A stretch of DNA of 13,409 nt from contig JAPDJO010000037.1 of the NCBI GenBank assembly GCA_029259115.1, forward strand, positions 1-13,409. The letters are read 5' to 3'. Under the pieces are notes generated by a model that saw only the letters and a program-made list of their open reading frames with translations, searched no databases and had not been told where the DNA came from. Positions 1 to 7,010 of this stretch are shown piece by piece. The stretch is from Thermoplasmatota archaeon. Its GTDB lineage: Archaea > Thermoplasmatota > E2 > DHVEG-1 > B18-G2. The position numbers and the translations under genes were made by a program. Numbering within the stretch: the stretch's first letter is position 1; the number at the start of each line of letters is the position of its first letter.

Positions 1-148
1 CAACAGGTTTCCATGACACTCCTTTGTCATATCCTTTAAACCTTTCAGATATGTTTGTCTTTGCTAAAGCTATTGGAGAAACAACGCTTAACAGCATTAC
101 CAGAACCATCCCTACAGATAGAATATAGCCTCTTCTTACTCCTTTCAT
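1..148 (-). CDS. 5' end (partial) of a tandem paralog of the 1200-aa surface protein; runs off the left edge
   Basis: Reverse strand from ATG at 148 (alternative ATG at 163) reads MKGVRRGYILSVGMVLVMLLSVVSPIALAKTNISERFKGYDKGVSWKPV. This matches the N-terminus of the 279..3866 protein except for one K->R change, includes the signal peptide, and has no stop before the edge. Confidence 0.85.
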   Translation of the reverse strand, partial: MKGVRRGYILSVGMVLVMLLSVVSPIALAKTNISERFKGYDKGVSWKPV

Positions 149-182
149 CTTAAACTCCCCCATGATCTAGGTTGGGAGATTG

Positions 183-235
183 TATTATCGGTATAAATAT
201 TTTATCTTTTCGATTATAAAAATGTTGTTATACAA
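183..235 (-). promoter_or_regulatory. Putative archaeal promoter of the downstream paralog (BRE/TATA with dyad elements)
   Basis: Minus strand GAAAAGATAAAA-TATTTATA (TATA at 192-199) about 30 nt upstream of ATG 163; identical to 3901-3953. Confidence 0.5.
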
Positions 236-236
236 T

Positions 237-258
237 AATAGAAAATGAAAATAAAAAT
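237..258 (-). terminator. Putative oligo-T archaeal terminator of the 1200-aa gene
   Basis: Minus strand reads AATTTTTATTTTCATTTTCTATT about 20 nt after the TGA at 279-281. Confidence 0.4.
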
Positions 259-278
259 TGAGTAAAGAGAAACTGGTT

Positions 279-3200
279 TCACCTCTTAACTTTCTTCTTG
301 TTACTCTGCTGTCTCTTTTCACCCTTCCTCATCGAATAACCAATCCCAACTACCACTATCACTGCTATGATTATGATTGTAATTGCCATCAATACAGGCA
401 TCTCAATCGGCTTTCTAGCATGTGGATACACGCTAGCACCGTATAGCATATGCCCATCCACGTAGAGATCTTCACTTCCATCCCATTTCAATGGCTGCAC
501 ATCCTCTCTCTCCCAATGATTAGCATCGCTATACTCAGTACTCGGGACCCACACTCTCAGGTCAGGATCACCAAAGAGCTCAACATTTTCCCATAGATCC
601 CACCACCATTGAGGAGGATCTGTTATGTAAAGTATGCCCACCTTGCTTAATCCTTTGGTAAAAGCTTCTCCTATTGTTTTACCTAAAGCCAACTCCCTAG
701 GTATCATATTTTGCCATACATCGCTGTACCAAGATGTACTCCATGGATCCATTATCTGGAATACAGACCCATGTCTAACTAATGCTATGTGTAGATATTT
801 TCCAGCAGGTAGGCAGGCTACGCTGCTGACCCCTGCAGAATGTAGATTGTTTAATTCGTTATCTATTTGAGTACCATTAAACCATCCGGTGAAAAATCTA
901 GTTAAGAATACTGTACATATAACCCCATCATAATAGTCATTAGGATCTTTTAGCCATTCAGGTGTAATCGATTTGATGATAGGTAATTTTGCTAGAACAT
1001 TACTTATCTTATCAAGTATAGGCTTTCTTGCAGGTGCCCAATCAAGAGCGGTTCTAAACAAACCGTTGATATAAGGATTTCCTAGTAGAGAAGGAATAAT
1101 TCCATGTATGTCTGCAGTCATTGTGTCAGGCTCTTCCGTGGAACCAAGGAACCACTCATATCCTCTCCATGGATTAACTTCCTTCTTTGCGCCAGTACCT
1201 GGTATTGAGGGGAACCTTAAGTTAGATTTCCCTTCAGGGTCCCAAAACATTAACATTCCACCATCATATGGCCCCCCATGGGTATTTACCAGCCACAATA
1301 TTACTCCTCGATTTAGATTTTCCATATTCGCTGTGAAGTTTGTTGAAAAGACGGGACTGTATCCTGCTTTTCTTAAATAAAACGGTTGAACTTCAGATCC
1401 ACTTAGATCTGGCATACTTGCACCTAGTTCGCCGAGGTATTTTGCATTTACACCCTCATCTATTGGTTGCCCGAAATCGGCACAAGATTCTCCAGGTATT
1501 GATCCATCCGCGCATTTATATTTGAATCCGAAATACTTACTCGCTCTTTCGTTGAATCTATGATCATAACACACTAGTGTGTCTAGCACCGGATACATAA
1601 ATTCTTCTTCTTGGGATGGTTTCACTATCCTGAGACCAAGACCACTCCACCATGGGAACTTTCTCACACTTTTGCTACCGTTTATGAGTTTCACTGGTCC
1701 ATTAAGTGCAGGATTCTGGAAGATTAAAGCAGGGTAAAAAACATTTCTTGAGATCCACACAGAAACGTCGATAGGCGATCCCAGAAATCTTCCAGGTTTT
1801 GCTTTTCCTGTGAAAACCCTATCCCAAGGCATCCCTATGTCATACTGTCCAGCCACAGTTATCATCGTTTCCATACCTTCTTTGTCGAATTCTAGTTTAT
1901 CTAGAAATTCATAGACTTCCTTTCCAGTGAGATACATACAGGCTACAGTGGGAAATTCTTCTATTCCATCAGGATACTGGGTCCAGAAATGTGTATGGTA
2001 TACAATAGCTTTAGATAACTCTGGATGATTATCAACTATCAATACGGGAGATCCATGATGAGCGGCAATGTAAGCTGCTGGACCTATGAAAAGAGCACCC
2101 TTCCACTCACCGGCAGGTTTGAGTTCAGCTACATACCAGTATGTCCAAGGATCGATGGTTGTAAAGATGATGTCATTTCTGTCTGTGAATCCTCTAATCT
2201 CATCATATATATCCTTATATTCACTGTAAACCTTCACCTTTCCAATTCTTTTCAAATCATTCAGAACCTTTGAAGAAGAATGACTGCCAAGATCTATGAA
2301 GTAAATCTCCTCAACCCCTAACTTGTAGAGGACATCCTTTGTGATCTTTGGAACTGAGCTTTTAGAAACATAGAGCAAAGGAGCATTTAACACACTAGCT
2401 AAAACAGCACCTTCAGTCGCAGATGCTAAAGCGTCTCCACTCTCTTTAGATATCCCCTCTTTCCATGAATAACTCAACTTGAAATCTACGTTTCCATATC
2501 CTTCCTCTAAAGCGTATACGCAGACTTTATAATGTTCACCTTCTGAACATTCCCCTAATCTTTCAACTTCGATTCTTTGCACATTACTGCTCTCATTTCT
2601 TGACCATGCTATTTCTTCACCATATGGTCCAATCAATGAAAATCCAAGCTTCGCATTTGGATTATTCCAAGTTAGCTCAAAAACAGCGTCTCTGGCGCCA
2701 TATTTTGGTAGATCAGGTATATCTATTTCTACACCTGGGTACATCTCGATATCTATTTTGTACATAGTACGCCTCATATTTCTCAAAATCTCAAGCAGAG
2801 ATCCGTATCTTCCGAATTTCAATATGCCCAGAATATTTATGTGCGTCTGAGGTTCATTAGACAACTTCCTGTAATCCTTTTCTTTAATAAACCATATTGG
2901 AGACTTAGTTGGCGTATCAGTTAATCCAAGACGCCACTCGCCACTTTTGTAGACATAGGTCTCTGTTTTATCTAGATCCATTCCATTTTTGGCATTCCAG
3001 CTTATAGTCATTTTTGTTTCCATCCAGTCTCCGTTGTATTTACAGTACAGCTGGAGATCTCTATCTCCTGGAGGGATAGTCATATTTATTGTATTTTCAA
3101 AACCAGGTATTGGTAGACCAACACCTACATAGAAGGATGGATACCACGATCTTACCTTTAACAATTTATAACCATCTGGCACATAAAATTCCTTATACTG

Positions 3201-3866
3201 TGGATCTATATGGTTAGTTTTTGGTATTTCGAAGGATATCCTCTTAACATTTTTAAAATTAAATGTCCTCTTTAATTCTCCGCTTATTTCATTGTCGACT
3301 TTAACAGGATTTTCTCTAATAACAGCCACAACAGCCTTATCAGAATAACTCCAGTCATTCAGAGCTAGCTTTGCAGCAATCTCATAAGAATTGTTTCCTC
3401 TAATCTCAACCACATCTCTAGCTGGCCATTGTTTAACCTTGCTTCTATCAACATTTATCAGAACCATCTGATCCAGTCTACCATTACAGTAACTCATCCA
3501 GTCTTCCATGAAATAATCTATACCAGGTCTAGCATTCAATGACCTCTCCTTATCCTCCTTTACAGGATAAGGATCGGTGTAATACAATAGAGGATATGAA
3601 AACAATCTGTCCATATCCTTATCATAGAAAACCGTTGTCGGAACAGCAGCTAGATACGCATAATCATCTATGTAACTATCTTTATCAAAATTAACAAAAG
3701 TTACTTTCCTCAAAGGTACAACAGGTTTCCATGACACTCCTTTGTCATATCCTTTAAACCTTTCAGATATGTTTGTCTTTGCTAAAGCTATTGGAGAAAC
3801 AACGCTTAACAGCATTACCAGAACCATCCCTACAGATAGAATATAACCTTTTCTTACTCCTTTCAT
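279..3866 (-). CDS. Large secreted, membrane-anchored surface protein with CWB2-like repeats, PPC-like domains and a putative peptidase C25 (gingipain-like) domain
   Basis: Long open ORF with ATG 3881 or, preferably, ATG 3866 preceded by SD GGGGGAG. N-terminal signal peptide (..SPIALA/K). CWB2-like motifs IRGNNSYEIAAKLA, GDALA..ASVLNAPLLYV..LYKLGVEEIYFI and AAHHGSPVLIV. C25-like motifs VNTHGG, SSVACLPA, LGKTIGEAF and ELFGDPDL. C-terminal TM helix VLMAITIIIIAVIVVVGIGY followed by a basic tail. The ORF is secure; the domain calls are by eye. Confidence 0.7.
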   Translation of the reverse strand: MKGVRKGYILSVGMVLVMLLSVVSPIALAKTNISERFKGYDKGVSWKPVVPLRKVTFVNFDKDSYIDDYAYLAAVPTTVFYDKDMDRLFSYPLLYYTDPYPVKEDKERSLNARPGIDYFMEDWMSYCNGRLDQMVLINVDRSKVKQWPARDVVEIRGNNSYEIAAKLALNDWSYSDKAVVAVIRENPVKVDNEISGELKRTFNFKNVKRISFEIPKTNHIDPQYKEFYVPDGYKLLKVRSWYPSFYVGVGLPIPGFENTINMTIPPGDRDLQLYCKYNGDWMETKMTISWNAKNGMDLDKTETYVYKSGEWRLGLTDTPTKSPIWFIKEKDYRKLSNEPQTHINILGILKFGRYGSLLEILRNMRRTMYKIDIEMYPGVEIDIPDLPKYGARDAVFELTWNNPNAKLGFSLIGPYGEEIAWSRNESSNVQRIEVERLGECSEGEHYKVCVYALEEGYGNVDFKLSYSWKEGISKESGDALASATEGAVLASVLNAPLLYVSKSSVPKITKDVLYKLGVEEIYFIDLGSHSSSKVLNDLKRIGKVKVYSEYKDIYDEIRGFTDRNDIIFTTIDPWTYWYVAELKPAGEWKGALFIGPAAYIAAHHGSPVLIVDNHPELSKAIVYHTHFWTQYPDGIEEFPTVACMYLTGKEVYEFLDKLEFDKEGMETMITVAGQYDIGMPWDRVFTGKAKPGRFLGSPIDVSVWISRNVFYPALIFQNPALNGPVKLINGSKSVRKFPWWSGLGLRIVKPSQEEEFMYPVLDTLVCYDHRFNERASKYFGFKYKCADGSIPGESCADFGQPIDEGVNAKYLGELGASMPDLSGSEVQPFYLRKAGYSPVFSTNFTANMENLNRGVILWLVNTHGGPYDGGMLMFWDPEGKSNLRFPSIPGTGAKKEVNPWRGYEWFLGSTEEPDTMTADIHGIIPSLLGNPYINGLFRTALDWAPARKPILDKISNVLAKLPIIKSITPEWLKDPNDYYDGVICTVFLTRFFTGWFNGTQIDNELNNLHSAGVSSVACLPAGKYLHIALVRHGSVFQIMDPWSTSWYSDVWQNMIPRELALGKTIGEAFTKGLSKVGILYITDPPQWWWDLWENVELFGDPDLRVWVPSTEYSDANHWEREDVQPLKWDGSEDLYVDGHMLYGASVYPHARKPIEMPVLMAITIIIIAVIVVVGIGYSMRKGEKRQQSNKKKVKR

Positions 3867-3954
3867 CTTAAACTCCCCCATGATCTAGGTTGGGAGATTA
3901 TATTATCGGTATAAATATTTTATCTTTTCGATTATAAAAATGTTGTTATACAAT
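3719..3954. repeat. Direct repeat copy 2, pairs with 1-236
   Basis: 233/236 identity to 1-236; covers the promoter, SD, signal peptide and first mature residues of the 1200-aa gene. Confidence 0.97.
3901..3953 (-). promoter_or_regulatory. Putative promoter of the 1200-aa gene
   Basis: TATTTATA (3910-3917, minus strand) preceded by a purine-rich BRE-like GAAAAGATAAAA, with a TTGT-N3-ACAA dyad at 3943-3953. Confidence 0.5.
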
Positions 3955-4111
3955 GCACACAACATCATAACGGCCAGACCCTTTAGCAATAGGAAACAAT
4001 CGAACAGCCGGCATAGATATGTAACAAACCTTTCACATACAGCTCATAAGGAGAGCAAAACCAACAGAACGCGATTTTTGGGGTTGTTGACGATTTTTCT
4101 CCTTATAATAG

Positions 4112-4184
4112 TGGGTCTACCGGGATTCGAACCCGGGTCAGGAGCTCCGGAGGCTCCTATGATATCCAACTACACCATAGACCC
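4112..4184 (-). tRNA. tRNA-Arg (anticodon CCG), intronless, CCA not encoded
   Basis: Minus strand GGGTCTATGGTGTAGTTGGATATCATAGGAGCCTCCGGAGCTCCTGACCCGGGTTCGAATCCCGGTAGACCCA. Acceptor stem GGGTCTA/TAGACCC, anticodon arm GGAGC-CT-CCG-GA-GCTCC, T arm CCGGG-TTCGAAT-CCCGG, and A20 in the D-loop (Arg identity element). Confidence 0.96.
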
Positions 4185-4233
4185 TAGACTAAAAATCCTT
4201 TTGAGAATCTAAAAATCTATCGTAAAAAGAGAA

Positions 4234-4401
4234 TTAAGATTTATTCTCGTTGGATTTCTTGAATTCTGTATAGCCACACTTTCCACAGCTATATCTGTCA
4301 GGATGTTCCGCTAGAAATACACCCTCTCCACACTTTGGGCAGAATCTTTTTAGTCTTACCAATTTGTCTCCTTCTACCTTATAATATTTATGGATTGCCA
4401 C
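4234..4401 (-). CDS. rps27ae: 30S ribosomal protein S27ae (eS31), 55 aa; missing from the ORF track
   Basis: GTG start at 4401 after GGAGGAG, TAA at 4234-4236. Translation [55 protein letters not shown] has the [20 protein letters not shown] zinc ribbon. Canonical position after rps24e. Confidence 0.96.
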   Translation of the reverse strand: MAIHKYYKVEGDKLVRLKRFCPKCGEGVFLAEHPDRYSCGKCGYTEFKKSNENKS

Positions 4402-4873
4402 TCTTCTCCTCCTCCTTCATCTCTTCCTCTTTCGTCTCTTCAGTTTTTCCCTCCGTGGTTTCTGTCTTCTTTTCCTCTTCTTTTCCCTCTTTTTGCACCT
4501 CCTTTTCTTCTTTCTCTTCCGTTGTTTCCTGCCCTGATTCCTTTTCCTCCTTGGTTTCCTCTTTTACCTCCTCGGTTTTTTCTTCCTTTACCTCTCCGAA
4601 CTTGTTTCTCTTTAATATATAACTCGGTTCAATCTTTTTCGCATCTTCAATGCTTTTGTATATTTTGGCATAACCAGAACTTATAGCCATTCCAAAGCTC
4701 GGTCTTATATAATCTATAATCACTAGACTCTTATTCACCTTGAGCATTTCAGCTAGATCACTCTTAACTAACTCCCTTTCCGGTGTTTTTTCCCCCTGAT
4801 GTTTCACCCTGAACTTTACCTCAGTCCTATTTAACAGAGGATTCTCCCTTTTCTCAATTATCTCCAGCTCCAT
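4388..4873 (-). CDS. rps24e: 30S ribosomal protein S24e (eS24) with long Glu/Lys-rich C-terminal tail
   Basis: [40 protein letters not shown] signature; conserved operon position. Confidence 0.95.
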   Translation of the reverse strand: MELEIIEKRENPLLNRTEVKFRVKHQGEKTPERELVKSDLAEMLKVNKSLVIIDYIRPSFGMAISSGYAKIYKSIEDAKKIEPSYILKRNKFGEVKEEKTEEVKEETKEEKESGQETTEEKEEKEVQKEGKEEEKKTETTEGKTEETKEEEMKEEEKSGNP

Positions 4874-5381
4874 GCTCTCTACACCTCTCTAGAGTTTTTC
4901 TAACGATCTCCTTTTCCTTATCTGTAACATCTACAAGTACAACCCCCTTATCAGGCAATCCATATATTACGGTTGCGCCTCTAGGCGCAAGGAGTATTGC
5001 TATTAGCGAAGCAAGATCTTCTTCACCTCTAACTATTACAAGCACATTCCTGTTCTTTGATATGCGATATGCATATTCTATACATTTTATCAATTCATCT
5101 GAAATCACAGACGGTGGATTCTCAACATTTATCACTTCTTCCCCGAAAAGTTCTATTTTCCTCTTCATATTTGGAGGTATATCCTCTCGTCTGTGTCTAA
5201 AGTCAACTATAGCCATATTTGGTTTGTATCCGTTGTTCAGCAAGGTGTAAGTAACCATATCCCCAACAGATACTATGAACTCTCTGGATTTTAACCCATT
5301 AAAAAGCTCCCTTTCACTTTTCACCAGTTTTCCAATAACTTTTCTCAATTCTGATTTAAGGTATTCAGGTATTTTATACAT
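4854..5381 (-). CDS. DUF359 family protein, archaeal GTP-dependent dephospho-CoA kinase
   Basis: Motifs VGDMVT, IVDF..RR, VENPP..I, V.GEEDLA.L and VIYG.P.KGVV; canonical position between rpoE2 and rps24e. Confidence 0.88.
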   Translation of the reverse strand: MYKIPEYLKSELRKVIGKLVKSERELFNGLKSREFIVSVGDMVTYTLLNNGYKPNMAIVDFRHRREDIPPNMKRKIELFGEEVINVENPPSVISDELIKCIEYAYRISKNRNVLVIVRGEEDLASLIAILLAPRGATVIYGLPDKGVVLVDVTDKEKEIVRKTLERCREHGAGDN

Positions 5382-5567
5382 CTACCTTACCTTTAGTGCG
5401 TATTCTCCAGGCTTTGTTATACTCATCTTCTGTGCAATCATTGACCTCGTTGGATCAAATATGACAACGTATCCTCTCCACTTCTTTGATGTGGGTGTTC
5501 CACAGATAGGACACTCAGGTTTATCTGTTATTATATGGCAGTTCTTACACGCATAGAGAGTTTTCAT
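5382..5567 (-). CDS. spt4: Transcription elongation factor Spt4 (RpoE'')
   Basis: ACKNCH..ECPICG..SKKWRGYVVIFDP..S.IA..M.ITKPGEYALKVR zinc-ribbon signature; ATGA overlap with rpoE1. Confidence 0.96.
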   Translation of the reverse strand: MKTLYACKNCHIITDKPECPICGTPTSKKWRGYVVIFDPTRSMIAQKMSITKPGEYALKVR

Positions 5568-6163
5568 TTCTTCTTCACCTTCTTCTCCTTTTTACTTTCT
5601 TTTTCTCCTTCCTTCTCTTTCTTCCTGTCCTCTTCTATCCATTCGTGTGCGCCAAGCGCAGGCTGGCGCATTGTTAAGCCTATCTTACTTTCTCTAGGGG
5701 ATATTTCGTTTATACTCACAGCAACAATCCTAGCTCTCACTTTGCTACCAACGGTGAGTACCCTCTTCGTTTCTTTTCCTATCAACCTCTCGTTATCAAC
5801 GTCAACCTCTATATAGTCATTCATTATCTGACTCATATGTATCAATGCATCCAAAGGTCCTATGTGACAGAAGGCGCCAAATTCTACGATCTCACATACT
5901 AAGCCATCAACAACCTCTTGAAGTACAGGCATGAAAACAAGAGCATCAAATCTAACCTTTTGATATAATGCGCCATCACCATGAACTATTATCCCTTCTC
6001 CTACAGGTTCTATGTTATCTGTAACAACTATTACTCCATGATCCTTTCTGTATTTTCCCTCGAAAGTCTTATGCACTATATCCTCTACGACCTTTTGCAT
6101 ATCTTCTGCAAACAGTTTTGGAGGTATTCTTACTGTGTCTTCGATTCTCACCATCTTGTACAC
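5564..6163 (-). CDS. rpoE1: DNA-directed RNA polymerase subunit E' (Rpo7)
   Basis: MY...IEDTVRIPP, GDGA, EFGAF.HIGPLDALIHMSQIM.D, VRARIVAVS and IGLTMRQPALG motifs; GTG start after SD GGAGG. Confidence 0.96.
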   Translation of the reverse strand: MYKMVRIEDTVRIPPKLFAEDMQKVVEDIVHKTFEGKYRKDHGVIVVTDNIEPVGEGIIVHGDGALYQKVRFDALVFMPVLQEVVDGLVCEIVEFGAFCHIGPLDALIHMSQIMNDYIEVDVDNERLIGKETKRVLTVGSKVRARIVAVSINEISPRESKIGLTMRQPALGAHEWIEEDRKKEKEGEKESKKEKKVKKK

Positions 6164-6201
6164 AACAATTCCTCCTTCAGCTCTGTTGGGTAAATGATTT
6201 T

Positions 6202-6242
6202 CATTTATATTCTTTTTCCAACTTTTGCGAAGAATTTTTAAA
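6202..6242. promoter_or_regulatory. Divergent promoter region for the rpoE1 operon (minus) and the lipoprotein (plus)
   Basis: Minus-strand GAAAAAG-AATATAAA around 6204-6218 and plus-strand GCGAAGAA-TTTTTAAA at 6227-6242, each at a plausible distance from its start codon. Confidence 0.45.
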
Positions 6243-6274
6243 CTCTACCCTGATAGCCCAAAAAGGTGGGAGGA

Positions 6275-6985
6275 ATGAGAAAGGAATTGGCTATACTGCT
6301 AGCGATACCCCTTATGGTATCGCTCATACTGGCAGGCTGCGGCGAGAAAGAGGAACAGATTCAAAGCGGTGGTAACGAAACTCAGCAACAGCAGGAGCAG
6401 CAAGAAGAACAGCAAGCGATGTATACAGGATTCATGAAAGTAGCCAAAGGACAATGGGTAGAGTATTTGTACACAATAAATGGAAAAACATCGAAGCAAA
6501 GAGTAGAGTGTGTTGGTATAGAGGAAGTTGATGGTAAAGAATGCATAGGATTCGAGACAGATTTTGAAATCAACGAGATGAAAACTATTTTGCAGATGTG
6601 GATAGACAAGGATACCAAAGAGAGAGTAAAATACGTTGTTAAGATGAATGATCAAGTGTATTGTATAGATCCTACCAGTCCAAATATTGATGCAGAACCC
6701 CCAGAAACAGAAACGCCAGATGAATACAAACCAGAGACTCTAAATTTTGAGTTAGGAAGCTATACTGTTCCTGGAAACGGAGAAACTATTACTGTAGCTA
6801 TATTTCATGGTGCAGGTAATGCAGAAACATGGGTAAGCAGTGAAGTTCCATTTGGTATTGTAAAGGTGGTAAATGAAAATGGAGAAGAAGTTATGCACCT
6901 AGAGAACTTTGGTTTATCTGGAGCTCACAGAGATATAACCGCAGAGGAGAGAGATGACTGTACACCTCTTCCATTCCCGATATAG
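6275..6985 (+). CDS. Uncharacterised lipoprotein
   Basis: ATG 6275 after GGTGGGAGG. MRKE plus a hydrophobic stretch and lipobox LILAG/C, then a Gln/Glu-rich linker and an acidic, beta-rich globular region with four more Cys. Confidence 0.8.
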   Translation: MRKELAILLAIPLMVSLILAGCGEKEEQIQSGGNETQQQQEQQEEQQAMYTGFMKVAKGQWVEYLYTINGKTSKQRVECVGIEEVDGKECIGFETDFEINEMKTILQMWIDKDTKERVKYVVKMNDQVYCIDPTSPNIDAEPPETETPDEYKPETLNFELGSYTVPGNGETITVAIFHGAGNAETWVSSEVPFGIVKVVNENGEEVMHLENFGLSGAHRDITAEERDDCTPLPFPI

Positions 6986-7010
6986 TTATCAAATCTTCTC
7001 ATCTTATTTT

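Larger units (their letters stand above)
1..236. repeat. Direct repeat copy 1 (promoter plus 5' coding region), pairs with 3719-3954
   Basis: Base-by-base comparison at offset 3718 gives 233/236 identical; mismatches at 128/3846 (G/A), 132/3850 (C/T) and 182/3900 (G/A). Identity ends after ...tacaat and is open at the window's left edge. Confidence 0.97.

Noticed and set aside
279-420. PGF-CTERM/archaeosortase signal on the 1200-aa protein
   Set aside because: A TM helix and basic tail are present, but no PGF- or PEF-like motif precedes the helix, so I treated it as a plain C-terminal membrane anchor.
258-2273. Short plus-strand ORFs (258-446, 634-870, 1108-1380, 1340-1525, 2025-2273)
   Set aside because: Antisense shadows of the 1200-aa gene with no recognisable motifs; the His/Cys/Tyr-rich look of 258-446 comes from the complementary TM-helix codons.
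1-3954. Repeat pair as the template/variable repeats of a diversity-generating retroelement
   Set aside because: The three mismatches are transitions on mixed strands (A/G, T/C, A/G), not adenine-specific on one strand. The repeat covers the promoter and N-terminus rather than a C-terminal variable region, and no reverse transcriptase is in the window.
3940-4212. 90-aa plus-strand ORF
   Set aside because: It is antisense to the whole tRNA-Arg and starts inside the repeated promoter; the GLPGFEPGS stretch is the typical translation of a tRNA reverse complement.
4400-4600. CRISPR array or tandem DNA repeat in the TTTTCCTC-rich tract
   Set aside because: There is no constant repeat with unique spacers; the periodicity is explained by the Glu/Lys codons of the eS24 tail. 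I saw no CRISPR array or cas gene anywhere in the window.
4335-6375. Ser/Phe/Pro-rich plus-strand ORFs over the rps24e-rpoE1 operon
   Set aside because: Antisense to well-supported genes; their low complexity mirrors the Glu/Lys-rich codons on the coding strand.
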